A DNA stretch of 64,000 nucleotides, taken from contig PEZY01000005.1 in assembly GCA_002773855.1 (NCBI GenBank), forward strand, positions 218,221 to 282,220. Reading direction: 5' to 3'. The stretch comes from Candidatus Buchananbacteria bacterium CG10_big_fil_rev_8_21_14_0_10_33_19. GTDB taxonomy: Bacteria > Patescibacteriota > Patescibacteriia > 2-01-FULL-39-33. Positions within the stretch are counted from its first letter, which is position 1. The number at the start of each line of letters is the position of its first letter. The notes beneath the pieces were generated by a model that was not told where the DNA came from, did not search any database, and worked only from the letters and a program-made list of their open reading frames with translations. Below, in pieces: positions 22,500-32,582 of this stretch. The position numbers and the translations under genes were made by a program.

Positions 22500-24248
22500 A
22501 TGAATAATCAACAATTAGAAAAAATACGCCATTCTACTTCTCATATTATGGCCTACGCAGTGAGAGAAATTTTTGGTAATGATGTTAAATTTGCTATTGG
22601 TCCGGTAATTGACGAGGGCTTTTACTATGATTTTGATTTAGGTGAAATCACTATATCAACTGATGATTTCAAAAAAATAGAAAATAAAATGACCGAGCTT
22701 ATAAAACAAAAATTACCTTTTATTAGAACCGAAGTTAGTATTGAAGAAGCCCTTAAAAAAACTAACGACCAACCCTACAAACAAGAATTAATTAATGATT
22801 TATCTACTAAGGGTGAAACAACAGTTAGTTTTTACAAGGTTGGAGAATTTGAAGATTTATGTCGCGGACCACATATTGAAAGTACTAAAGAACTTGGTAA
22901 TTTTAAATTATTAAAATTAGCTGGCGCTTATTGGCGTGGTGATGAAAAAAATAAAATGTTACAACGAATTTATGGTACCGCTTTTGCCACCAAAGATGAA
23001 TTACAAAAATATCTAATCGCTCTGAAAGAAGCTGAGCAAAGAGACCATAGAAAAATCGGCAAAGAACAAGAATTATTTTTCATCGATGATACTATTGGTA
23101 AAGGACTGGTCATGTGGCAACCAAATGGCACTATTATCAGAAATGAAATAGAAAAATTAGCTATCGAAATGGAAGATAAGGGTGATTATAAAAGAGTGGT
23201 AACTCCCCACCTAGCGAAAGAAGAACTTTATTTAACCTCTGGTCATTTACCTTACTACAAAGATGGTATGTACCCAGCTATGGTTATGGATGATGGTACT
23301 TATTATCTACGAGCGATGAACTGTCCTCATCATCATATGATCTACAAACACCAAATGCGAAGCTATCGTGATTTACCTCTTCGTATTGCCGAATACGGCA
23401 CAGTTTATCGCAACGAATTATCAGGCACATTGGCTGGCCTACTTCGAGTACGTGGCCTAGCAATGAATGATGCTCATATTTATTGTCGAAAAGACCAAAT
23501 TAAAGATGAATTCAAAGCAGTTTTAGATTTAACTTTAAAATATTTTGAAATTTTTGGTTTAGAAAATTATTATTTTAGATTGTCTAAGTGGAGCAAAGAT
23601 CATACCGATAAATATATTAACGAACCAGCCAATTGGGAATACAGTCAAAACGTAATCAAAGAAATTTTAGACGAAGCTAAAGTAGACTATGTTGAAGCAG
23701 ACGATGAAGCAGCTTTCTACGGACCAAAAATTGATATTCAATTTAAATCTATCATTGGTCGTGAAGAAACTATGGCCACTATTCAACTAGATTTTTTAGC
23801 CAAAGAAAGATTTAAACTTCACTACACTGATACTGACGGCAAAGATAATAATGAAGTCTTTGTTATTCATCGAGCGCCACTATCCACTCATGAGAGATTT
23901 ACAGCTTTCCTAATTGAATATTATGGTGGTATTTGGCCAACTTGGTTATCACCTGTTCAAGTTCGCGTTATACCAATTTCTGAAAAATTTATTGACTACG
24001 CTAAAGCAGTTAAAAGTAAAATTAAAGATTCTAAAATTAGAGTTGATATTGACGACAGTAATGAATCACTAGGCAAACGTGTCAGAAATGCCGAAAAATC
24101 CAAGATTCCTTATATTTTAGTGGTGGGCGAAAAAGAGCAAACAGATCAAACTGTAGCTGTCAGAAAAAGAACTGACGGTGATCAGGGTTCTAAAAAAATC
24201 GAAGACTTCATTCTAGATATCAAAACAGAAATTGAAAATCGAAAATAA
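22500..24248 (+). CDS. thrS: Threonyl-tRNA synthetase
   Basis: RHSTSH, DLCRGPH, GAYWRG, RDHRKIG, MNCPHH, AFYGPKID. Confidence 0.98.
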   Translation: MNNQQLEKIRHSTSHIMAYAVREIFGNDVKFAIGPVIDEGFYYDFDLGEITISTDDFKKIENKMTELIKQKLPFIRTEVSIEEALKKTNDQPYKQELINDLSTKGETTVSFYKVGEFEDLCRGPHIESTKELGNFKLLKLAGAYWRGDEKNKMLQRIYGTAFATKDELQKYLIALKEAEQRDHRKIGKEQELFFIDDTIGKGLVMWQPNGTIIRNEIEKLAIEMEDKGDYKRVVTPHLAKEELYLTSGHLPYYKDGMYPAMVMDDGTYYLRAMNCPHHHMIYKHQMRSYRDLPLRIAEYGTVYRNELSGTLAGLLRVRGLAMNDAHIYCRKDQIKDEFKAVLDLTLKYFEIFGLENYYFRLSKWSKDHTDKYINEPANWEYSQNVIKEILDEAKVDYVEADDEAAFYGPKIDIQFKSIIGREETMATIQLDFLAKERFKLHYTDTDGKDNNEVFVIHRAPLSTHERFTAFLIEYYGGIWPTWLSPVQVRVIPISEKFIDYAKAVKSKIKDSKIRVDIDDSNESLGKRVRNAEKSKIPYILVVGEKEQTDQTVAVRKRTDGDQGSKKIEDFILDIKTEIENRK

Positions 24249-24260
24249 ACATTGCAACAT

Positions 24261-24288
24261 AAAAACTCCAACCTAAGCTGGAGTTTTT
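24261..24288. terminator. Terminator after thrS
   Basis: aaaaactcca...tggagttttt inverted repeat. Confidence 0.8.
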
Positions 24289-24362
24289 ATTTTGACAAAA
24301 ATAAACTCCTATGTTAGAAATAAATCTTACTAGTACCTTTCAAACTCAAGAGGAAGTAACAA

Positions 24363-25001
24363 ATGCCCAAGCCCAAAAACAATCAACTACCAATTAAAGA
24401 GAATCACGAAAAATTTATTAATCGACTGAGATTAAAAGTCACGGATCGAGAATTAGTGCTAATTGATTGGGCCTATATTAATGCTAAGTACGGCCATCGC
24501 AATCAACAGCGAGATGACGGCAGTAGATACTTTGATCACCTGAGATCAACCGCCTTAATTTTAATTGATGAATTAAAAATTTTTGATAGCGAAATGATTA
24601 TTTCGGCTCTAATGCATGATATGCTAGAAGACAGTTTTTTATTTGATACCAAAAGAATTAAAATTCTTTTTGGCAAAAAAGTAGCCAAAATGGTTAATCA
24701 ACTGAGTATGCCAGAAATGAATATTAAAATATTCAAATCCAAAAAAGACCGTCTTGACCATTACCATGCAACAATTAAAAAAAGTCCTCTAAAAGTAATT
24801 ATTATAAAACTTTGTGACCGCTTACATAACCTACGTACAATGAATAATTGTCCGCCAGAAAAAAGAAAACGCAAAACCAAAGAAACATTAGATCATTATC
24901 TCCCACTGATTAGATTACTAAACAATGACTACCCAGAAATAGCTACAATATTTTATCATGAATATGAAAAATCATTAGATGAATTAACAAAAACCACCTA
25001 A
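24363..25001 (+). CDS. Stand-alone RelA/SpoT-type HD hydrolase (small alarmone hydrolase-like)
   Basis: H..Q.R..G..Y..H, ALMHDMLED, IKLCDRLHNLRT. Confidence 0.88.
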   Translation: MPKPKNNQLPIKENHEKFINRLRLKVTDRELVLIDWAYINAKYGHRNQQRDDGSRYFDHLRSTALILIDELKIFDSEMIISALMHDMLEDSFLFDTKRIKILFGKKVAKMVNQLSMPEMNIKIFKSKKDRLDHYHATIKKSPLKVIIIKLCDRLHNLRTMNNCPPEKRKRKTKETLDHYLPLIRLLNNDYPEIATIFYHEYEKSLDELTKTT

Positions 25002-25024
25002 AAAAATAGGTGGCTTTTTTTATT

Positions 25025-26680
25025 TTAGACGGATTTTATTTTTTTAACTTTGCTTTTATCAGCTAATGGCACACTAAAAGAAAATTTACTACCTTTGTTT
25101 GGCCCAGGGCTCTCACCCCAAATACGACCACCCAAATTTTCGACTACCATGCGGGCAAAATACATGCCCAAGCCAGTACCTTCGGTATAGACTTGCATCA
25201 TACCTTTGCCTCGCACAAATTTTTCAAACAAACGCGGTAAATCTTCTGGTAGCACACCGATGCCGGTGTCCTGACAAGCAAAAACCACCGACTGACTCTC
25301 CTGATGCAGACTGACAGTGATAGAGCCATGCTCTGTATATTTAATAGAGTTATCAATTATATTAGAAATAACTTCTTTAATCTTCTGAGCATCAACTGCC
25401 ACTTCTGGTACATCTGGATCTGGATAAAACTCCAAAGATAATTTTTTATCAGTGGCTCTTTTTTGAAAACCTTCAACAATATCTTTTATAACCTTAGTTA
25501 AATCAGTTGGCTGAATATCAAACTGCAAATTACCAGATTCAATCCTAGAAATATTAAGTAGACTTTCCACCAAACTAATTAATCTTTCATTGGATAAATA
25601 AACCTTACTTAAATTATCTTTAACAATTTTAGGAATCCTACCAAAACTACCCTCTTGCATCATAGAAACATATCCCTTGATCACAGTGAGTGGAGTGCGC
25701 AGTTGATGAGAAGCGATAGACAAAAACTCTGATTTTGCTTCATCTAATTTTTTTAATTCAGTATTAACTTTCTTTAAATTATTGCTAGCCGCTTTAAGAT
25801 TATTAGTTAAAGATTCAATTTTTTCACGACGAGCAATTTCATTTAATACCGATCTAATAAGTAATAGTATAAAAAATATAGTTAATACAAACATTACTAC
25901 CCGATACACTAATTCAAAGCTTTCTTTAGCCTCCACAACATAAAAGCCAGATACAGTAACAATAAAAATAGAAAATATAATAGTTGTAATAATTTTTACA
26001 TCAATTAAACGTCGCTTGATTAAAGCATAGGCCATAAAAGCAATCCAAATTACAGTAGAAATCTGACCAATCCAATTGAGATCTAAGAAACCAAACCAAG
26101 GCAAAAATAAATTAGTGCTCAAAGAAATAAAGGATGAAGCTAATAGACCAATAAATAAATACTTTAACTGACTTCTAATTGATCCAGATGATTTATATAT
26201 ATCAGAAAATAAATTGATCAATGTCCATAAAAAATACATAGAAACATTAATAGTATAAATTAAGTAACCAGACCCAAAAACAATATTATTTCTAATTTTA
26301 GAAATAATCTGGACATCACTAACCACCATATTAGTGAACAATGTTATATAAAAAATCACTAAAGCTGGTAAGGAAATAAATAAAAGTATGAGTTTATTTC
26401 GCCAAAAAACCTTTTCCACTGGAAAAACAAAGGTAAAAAATAAAAAAAATAATGGAATGAATACAGCTACTGCATAAAATAATCTCACCAACAGTAAAGC
26501 CAAACTAACCTGAGTAATCGTATTATAAATTATAATTAAAACTGCCCATAGCACTACATTAAAAACAACTATACTAAACAAAATATTGGATTTTTTAATA
26601 GGCCGTTGTAATAATATAATAAAACCCAAGAAAAAATTTATCAGGCTGACAATTATTAAAATGATGGTTTTTATGTCCAT
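25025..26680 (-). CDS. Sensor histidine kinase with N-terminal multi-TM (HisKA_7TM-like) domain
   Basis: Multi-TM N-terminus; ASHQLRTPL H-box, NIIDNSIKY, DTGIG, GTGLG. Confidence 0.93.
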   Translation of the reverse strand: MDIKTIILIIVSLINFFLGFIILLQRPIKKSNILFSIVVFNVVLWAVLIIIYNTITQVSLALLLVRLFYAVAVFIPLFFLFFTFVFPVEKVFWRNKLILLFISLPALVIFYITLFTNMVVSDVQIISKIRNNIVFGSGYLIYTINVSMYFLWTLINLFSDIYKSSGSIRSQLKYLFIGLLASSFISLSTNLFLPWFGFLDLNWIGQISTVIWIAFMAYALIKRRLIDVKIITTIIFSIFIVTVSGFYVVEAKESFELVYRVVMFVLTIFFILLLIRSVLNEIARREKIESLTNNLKAASNNLKKVNTELKKLDEAKSEFLSIASHQLRTPLTVIKGYVSMMQEGSFGRIPKIVKDNLSKVYLSNERLISLVESLLNISRIESGNLQFDIQPTDLTKVIKDIVEGFQKRATDKKLSLEFYPDPDVPEVAVDAQKIKEVISNIIDNSIKYTEHGSITVSLHQESQSVVFACQDTGIGVLPEDLPRLFEKFVRGKGMMQVYTEGTGLGMYFARMVVENLGGRIWGESPGPNKGSKFSFSVPLADKSKVKKIKSV

Positions 26681-26716
26681 AAAATATTATTTATAATCTC
26701 TTAGCTAATACTCGTT

Positions 26717-28348
26717 TTATTTTTTAACATCAGAAATTGGAATACTAAACAAAAAATTAGCGCCTTTGTTTTCTCCATCGCTTTCTACCCATATTTTACC
26801 ATTCATATTTTCTATGACCATTTTAGAAAAATAAAGATCCAAACCATTGTCACCAGTAAACGAGGATGTCGCATTATTTTTTTTAATAAACTGATTAAAT
26901 ATATCTGGTAATTTTTCTACGGCAATACCCATACCAGTATCTTGACAACTAAAAACCACTGATCCAGTATTACATGATAAACTAAGATTAATGGAACCTT
27001 GGTCGGTATATTTAATAGCATTGTCAATAAAGTGAACTATAACCTCTTTGATACGATCTGCATCAATTAAAACTTTAGGAATATTTTTATCAATAACAAC
27101 ATTTAATTTTATCTTTTTCTTTTTAAATTTTTTAACATAACTAGGAACTAAAGTCTTAATAATCTCAGAAATAGCAGTTGATTTAATATTAAATTCCAAT
27201 CTACCAGCCTCCATTCGAGATATATTCAATAGATTTTCTACTAAATTAATTAATCTTTCATTAGCAGCATAAACTTTAGTTAAATTAGTCTTAATTAATT
27301 TTGGTATTTTCCCAAAACTACCTTCTAGCATCATAGACACATAACCTTTAATAACTGTCAACGGTGTTCGTAGCTGATGCGAAGCAATGGATAAAAATTC
27401 TAGCTTAGCTTGATCAATTCTTTTAATTTTATCATTCGCTTTTTCTAAATTTTTAGTTACTTTACGTAAATCTTTTGATAATAACTCCATTTCTTCACGT
27501 CTTTTAACATCTTTTTGGACTAGTCTAATTAACAAAACAGCAAAAGTAATAGTGATAATAAAAATACCAATTCTGATAATAAAATCAATCGTAGATTTAT
27601 TAGAAAAAACATCAGTAAAAGTTACCAAGCTTAACAAAACAGCAATGACCTGCGTCGCAATTACTTTAACATTTAAAAAATTATATTTAATAATACTATA
27701 AACGATAGTTATTACAACAATAAATAAGGCGATTGGACCAGTCCAAGCGTAGCGAAAATCTCCCAAGGCCACCAAAATCATATTCACAAAACCAGAATAA
27801 ATCAACGGTAAAGAGACGCTTAAAAGAAAGATTAATATCATTTTTCGTCTTTTACCATGAGACTTAAACAATTTTAAAAATAGAATCAATAAGCCACCAC
27901 CCATATACAAAAAAAAGTAGGTAAAATAAAAGTAATATATTGGACCATACATTAAAGTTCTAACTCTATCATTAAACTCTAATCCAATAATAATCTGTCT
28001 ATTTATAAACAAGAAATGAGTTATCAATATGATGGGAATATAATAAAATAATTGAACAAATTTATTTAAAGGTATCTTCTCATCAGGATAAACCAAAGCA
28101 AAATAAAAAAAGCTGTGCGCAATAAGTGCTCCAGCTAAATGCAGAATTAACGACCAAATAAAAACATTTGTCCAATTCTCGGGTGTACTTTCATACATCA
28201 TCATAGAAAATGACCAAAATCCCAAACTAAAAGCAAATGCCGCAAACCACCGATTAATCAAACTTTTAACATTCTGAGTCAAGATGGTTAACCCTAAAGC
28301 AAAATTTAAAAAAGCAACCGAAACTAAAACTATAATTTTTATACTCAT
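26717..28348 (-). CDS. Paralogous multi-TM sensor histidine kinase with degenerate G2 box
   Basis: ASHQLRTPL, HFIDNAIKY, DTGMG, DNGLDL in place of GxGLGL. Confidence 0.92.
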   Translation of the reverse strand: MSIKIIVLVSVAFLNFALGLTILTQNVKSLINRWFAAFAFSLGFWSFSMMMYESTPENWTNVFIWSLILHLAGALIAHSFFYFALVYPDEKIPLNKFVQLFYYIPIILITHFLFINRQIIIGLEFNDRVRTLMYGPIYYFYFTYFFLYMGGGLLILFLKLFKSHGKRRKMILIFLLSVSLPLIYSGFVNMILVALGDFRYAWTGPIALFIVVITIVYSIIKYNFLNVKVIATQVIAVLLSLVTFTDVFSNKSTIDFIIRIGIFIITITFAVLLIRLVQKDVKRREEMELLSKDLRKVTKNLEKANDKIKRIDQAKLEFLSIASHQLRTPLTVIKGYVSMMLEGSFGKIPKLIKTNLTKVYAANERLINLVENLLNISRMEAGRLEFNIKSTAISEIIKTLVPSYVKKFKKKKIKLNVVIDKNIPKVLIDADRIKEVIVHFIDNAIKYTDQGSINLSLSCNTGSVVFSCQDTGMGIAVEKLPDIFNQFIKKNNATSSFTGDNGLDLYFSKMVIENMNGKIWVESDGENKGANFLFSIPISDVKK

Positions 28349-28411
28349 AAAAAACCCCCGATGAATAATACTACATTAATTATAGTTTTTTCACCAAGGG
28401 GCGTCAATCAT

Positions 28412-29035
28412 TTAAGATTGTTGTTTGTTATAAATTTTTTGAAAAATTTCAAATGACATCACACGATATGTCAAATCCATAGCATTAATTAGTTGTCCAG
28501 ATACGTAGACACTAATCAACATACTTGTAGTATTAACTCTATCGCCAGAAAATTCTACTACTAATAACAAGTTATCATTGGGCACAATAAATGGTTTGCG
28601 ATGACCATTAATTTTAGGCATAAAACTTTTAATAAACGCCACTGTAGACGCCAAAGCTACCATTTTTCCATGATCTTTACCGTTGCCATTGCTATCATTG
28701 GTAGCCAAAATAAGTATTGAACCAATTTGGGCCATAATCTGACCAAGCTTAGCCATAGGCAACATTGGATACCCAGGAAAATGATCTTCACAAAAATCAA
28801 ACGGAATTACAATATTAGAAAAAATACGATGATGATCATCATCTAAAACTGCCGAATTAAAAAATGATTGTTTTGGACCTTCGGCAATAATGCCATCAAT
28901 TTCAGCTTTACTTAAAAGCTGCAAATCAGTAGCACTATCAGGAATAGACAATGACTCGGGAATTTCTACTTTCAAGTAATCATGCAATAAATCAATAAAC
29001 CCATCTTTGCTAGTAATATGCATCTTAGTTGTCAT
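28412..29035 (-). CDS. FabA/FabZ-like hotdog-fold protein (probable start MTTKMH at 29035)
   Basis: FCEDHFPGYPMLP...MAQ resembles the FabZ HFPGxPxxPG...ExxAQ motif; AGGAGA SD before 29035. Confidence 0.75.
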   Translation of the reverse strand: MTTKMHITSKDGFIDLLHDYLKVEIPESLSIPDSATDLQLLSKAEIDGIIAEGPKQSFFNSAVLDDDHHRIFSNIVIPFDFCEDHFPGYPMLPMAKLGQIMAQIGSILILATNDSNGNGKDHGKMVALASTVAFIKSFMPKINGHRKPFIVPNDNLLLVVEFSGDRVNTTSMLISVYVSGQLINAMDLTYRVMSFEIFQKIYNKQQS

Positions 29036-29137
29036 TATAGTATCTCCTATGTTTGTATTAACAAAAGTGCAATCCGTAGACATACGGTAACATATTACTG
29101 TACCTCATTAACATAAAAATGTCAAGGTAAAAATAAA

Positions 29138-29166
29138 AAACCCATCCTCCTTAGGAGGATGGGTTT
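29138..29166. terminator. Terminator after methyltransferase
   Basis: aaacccatcctcc-tta-ggaggatgggttt perfect inverted repeat. Confidence 0.85.
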
Positions 29167-29172
29167 AAACTA

Positions 29173-30138
29173 CTAAATTTTGCGAGCTACTACTATTACA
29201 CCTTGCTTGGCGTAATACTGACCAGAGCTTGATTCCACAAGCTCAAAGCCAGATTGCTTAAGCAGGTCTTGCCAGTCATCAACCGACAGATAGTGAGCAT
29301 GACCTTCTTGTTCAACTTGATTCATAAATGCCGAGAGTTTTTTGGCTTTAAAGCCGCCACTCAAGGCACGATACAATCCTTTCAAATTAAAATTCTTAAT
29401 CAAATACCAAAGAGAATCTCGCAATACTGCTCCCCAGTCCGGATTAGGACCAGGTGACGATACAGCTAGATAACCGCCAGGCTTAAGAACTCGATTAATA
29501 TCTGCCAAGCATCGAAGCAAAGCTTTTTTACTATCGCAGACAATTTCACCGTTTTCAAACCACCAGCCGGCATACATTATACCGCCTAAACTGGAGACTA
29601 CGCAATCCGCGGAGTTATTCCAGATAGGTAGTTCTGACATTGTCGATGACTGTACCAAGGCCACGCCCTGACGATAGCCAGAGTCTTTAAGTGTCTGAGG
29701 TACTTGTGACAAAGACTTCCAATCAATATCAACCGCAAAAATCTTTTTGACTTGGTGACCATTTGTTTCAAACAAACGGGCACAGAAATTACCAGCACCG
29801 CAACCTAGATCGACTAGAGTCTCACCTAAATACGGTGACACCATTTTGGCCAACTGCTCCTGTAATTCAATATACGGGTGAGAAGTGGAATTAAGTAGCC
29901 ATAAGACTTTCTCATTCCATTCCCAGAAATCACGAATAAATCCGCGAACCTGAGAATTTTTTCTCAACCGTTTAAATTCAGGACTCTCAAAAAATTCCGG
30001 CGAATCCTCTACCAGCTCATCGGTAATACGATGAAAGCGAATCTTGGTACGCCGACGTTTTAATTCTTCCGAGACTTTCTGGGGTGACATTCGCCGCCCA
30101 AGCCTCTCCATTATCTTCCGATGATGAGCGTGCGCCAT
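29173..30138 (-). CDS. Class I SAM-dependent methyltransferase
   Basis: LVDLGCGAG, AVDID, RVLKPGGYL. Confidence 0.9.
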   Translation of the reverse strand: MAHAHHRKIMERLGRRMSPQKVSEELKRRRTKIRFHRITDELVEDSPEFFESPEFKRLRKNSQVRGFIRDFWEWNEKVLWLLNSTSHPYIELQEQLAKMVSPYLGETLVDLGCGAGNFCARLFETNGHQVKKIFAVDIDWKSLSQVPQTLKDSGYRQGVALVQSSTMSELPIWNNSADCVVSSLGGIMYAGWWFENGEIVCDSKKALLRCLADINRVLKPGGYLAVSSPGPNPDWGAVLRDSLWYLIKNFNLKGLYRALSGGFKAKKLSAFMNQVEQEGHAHYLSVDDWQDLLKQSGFELVESSSGQYYAKQGVIVVARKI

Positions 30139-30175
30139 GTCTATCCCCTTTCTAAGGTTAGAGCTCTAATTATTG

Positions 30176-30982
30176 CTAATAACTATAAAATCCTGAGCCA
30201 CTTTTTTGGCCCAATTTTCCAACTGAAACTTTTTCCTGTAAAATTTTGGGAATCGGTTTGCCATGCATTTGAAGCAAATGAGCCACCAAATCCAAACCGA
30301 CCATATCCATTACCTGAAAAGGACCGGCCGACATACCAGTAGCCGTCCGCCAAGCCAGATCAATATCCTCGGGTGAGGAAATATCTCGCTCAGCTAAACT
30401 AAGAGACGATTCTTTTATCGCTTCCCACATATACCCAAAGACAAATCCCGGGTTGGAGCGATGTAGTACTATCGGTACCAAATGAACCGACTGGCAAAAT
30501 TCTATGACCGTATCAATAGTCTCTTGACTGGTTTTGGTTCCACGGCCAATCTCCACCAAAGGACGTTCCCAAACTGGTGGCAGAAAATGCATATTGCACA
30601 TCCGACAATCTGTAGCAGAGTCTGTTTCCAGCATGGTAACCGGCATAAACGAACTATTCGTAGCCAAAATACCAGAAACACCACTTGCTATCAAACCTTT
30701 GAATAATTCCACTTTCAGATCTTTGTCTTCAGTAGTGCAATCAATAAATAATTGATAATTATGTCGTAGATCACTGTTAGCAATTACGCCAGGGTAAATA
30801 TCAATATCTAAATCGGAAACTTCAAATTTACTACTCAAACTATTGATAATATTCATCGATTGATCAAGCACTTGCATACTCAAATCTGTCAATAATATCT
30901 TGACACCTTTCATTGCTAAATAAAAAGCGATCTGAGCGCCCATAAATCCACCGCCAATAATACACACTTTATTTATATTCAT
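30176..30982 (-). CDS. 3-hydroxyacyl-CoA dehydrogenase family protein
   Basis: IGGGFMG Rossmann motif, E...K, ATNSS, MHF, LVE, GPFQVMDMVGLD, GKLGQKSGSGFY. Confidence 0.93.
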   Translation of the reverse strand: MNINKVCIIGGGFMGAQIAFYLAMKGVKILLTDLSMQVLDQSMNIINSLSSKFEVSDLDIDIYPGVIANSDLRHNYQLFIDCTTEDKDLKVELFKGLIASGVSGILATNSSFMPVTMLETDSATDCRMCNMHFLPPVWERPLVEIGRGTKTSQETIDTVIEFCQSVHLVPIVLHRSNPGFVFGYMWEAIKESSLSLAERDISSPEDIDLAWRTATGMSAGPFQVMDMVGLDLVAHLLQMHGKPIPKILQEKVSVGKLGQKSGSGFYSY

Positions 30983-31071
30983 GACAAGTTCTCCTTTTTG
31001 TTCAATTGTAAGGTTCGATTTCTAAACAAATATTATCATAAAAGTTATATTTTGTCAAGTAAAATTAAATA

Positions 31072-31262
31072 AAAAAATAGACCGAGGCGGGACCTGGGTC
31101 TAGATTCAGAGATATCGCTTTAGTCAAGCAACGAACAGCAGCTACCCTGTTCAGTGTTTGCCTCACGACTGTTTGCCCCTCTCTGAAGGAGCGAAAAAAT
31201 GAATGCGTTAGATAATGTACTATGAATACCTGTATTATACATACATGCAACAATTATGTCAA
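31072..31262 (-). ncRNA. Putative small structured RNA (~150 nt) with its own consensus promoter
   Basis: TTGACA-17-TATAAT at 31262-31234; long bulged hairpin UUCAGAGA...UCUCUGAA; 3' GC hairpin plus U-tract; no AUG in the transcript. Confidence 0.6.
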
Positions 31263-31391
31263 GTGTCAAGTGTGGATAACTACCACCAACAACTGCTATT
31301 CTGACATTGACTAAATTTAAGAAAAATGCTAAAATATAATGTTAGCGAGAAGTAGCTAGTTTTTCAACAAAAAAACGGAGATACAGAAAAA

Positions 31392-32573
31392 ATGAAACGA
31401 TCAGTCCTTTTGACAATTTTAATTTCCATTTTACTAAGCAACCAATGTTTTGCTGGTGGTCTCAATCGCATCGGTGGCATAGGCTCCCGGGCTGGTGGCA
31501 TGAGTGGTGCTTTTACTGCTATTGCTGATGATGTCACTCTCTTTTACTACAACCCAGCCGGCATGTCTCAATTTGAGACCACTTATATCGAAGCCGGGGT
31601 TGATGTTGTCGTCCCTCGCCTAAAATATAATGGTCATAATTCTGACAATGATGCTTGGCACGCCCTACCTTATGCCGGGGTAATCTATCCGGCAAACGAT
31701 CGCGTCAATATTGGACTGGGTTTGACCGTGCCTTATGGCATGGGGGCTAGCTTCAAAAAAAGTTGGCCACTACCGGAGACAGAAACTCTACTTAGTCTAA
31801 CCAATATTACACCAGCCCTGTCACTCAAATTGTGTGACAAATTTTATGTAGGCGTTGGACTCAATATCGGTTATGGCCAATTTAAATACCGGGCACCATT
31901 TGATGTTGATGGAATTTTTCTGCCCATTTGCACCGACAACGAAGCTAGTGGCTTTGGACTAGGTACTACTATTGGACTGATGTATTTTCCTACCGACAAA
32001 TTAACTTTTGGTCTCACTTATATGAGTGAGCTAAAGGTTAATTTCAATGGCGAATCTGATATTTCTATCGGCCCAATTAGTATTCGCGATAAATTCAAAA
32101 GCGACTTCACTTTCCCGCCACGTTTGGGATTGGGCATCGCCTATCAATTTACCGATAGATTAACTGTTGATTTCGATGCCAATTGGTATGGCTATTCCAA
32201 AACTGTTAACAGTATGACGCTGCAGTTTGATAAGTTAAATTTTGGCAAAACTACCAAGCTAAATTGGCAAGATAATTTTAGTCTACACCTTGGAGCTCGC
32301 TATCGCCTAAACAACGATTGGTGGCTACGAGCTGGTATGGCTTATCAAAATTCTGCTATTCCTGATTCAACCATTAGTCAATTAACACCCGATGCCAGTG
32401 GTTGGGACGTGGCCTTTGGTCTGGAATGCGAAAAAGACAACTTCTCATTTGGTGTTGGTACTATCTACGGCTGGGGTGAAAATGATGTAGAACCAAACTT
32501 CGGCGTTCGCTACCCTGGCAAGTATGAAGCTCAAACATTAACAGTTGGTCTTCAAGCTAGTTGGAAATTCTAG
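31392..32573 (+). CDS. FadL/OmpP1/TodX-family outer-membrane beta-barrel transporter
   Basis: Signal peptide, G.RAGGMSGA..A.ADD...YYNPAG hatch motif, amphipathic strands, C-terminal SWKF. Confidence 0.88.
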   Translation: MKRSVLLTILISILLSNQCFAGGLNRIGGIGSRAGGMSGAFTAIADDVTLFYYNPAGMSQFETTYIEAGVDVVVPRLKYNGHNSDNDAWHALPYAGVIYPANDRVNIGLGLTVPYGMGASFKKSWPLPETETLLSLTNITPALSLKLCDKFYVGVGLNIGYGQFKYRAPFDVDGIFLPICTDNEASGFGLGTTIGLMYFPTDKLTFGLTYMSELKVNFNGESDISIGPISIRDKFKSDFTFPPRLGLGIAYQFTDRLTVDFDANWYGYSKTVNSMTLQFDKLNFGKTTKLNWQDNFSLHLGARYRLNNDWWLRAGMAYQNSAIPDSTISQLTPDASGWDVAFGLECEKDNFSFGVGTIYGWGENDVEPNFGVRYPGKYEAQTLTVGLQASWKF

Positions 32574-32582
32574 CTCAAAACC

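Noticed and set aside
31140-31190. GGCAAAC motifs suggesting a c-di-GMP-I riboswitch
   Set aside because: The GAAA-tetraloop P2 and the following GCAAAG/P3 architecture are absent; the region folds better as a single rod
31065-31253. 62-aa ORF from the track
   Set aside because: Its TTG start lies inside the promoter spacer, there is no SD, and the sequence is better explained as structured RNA
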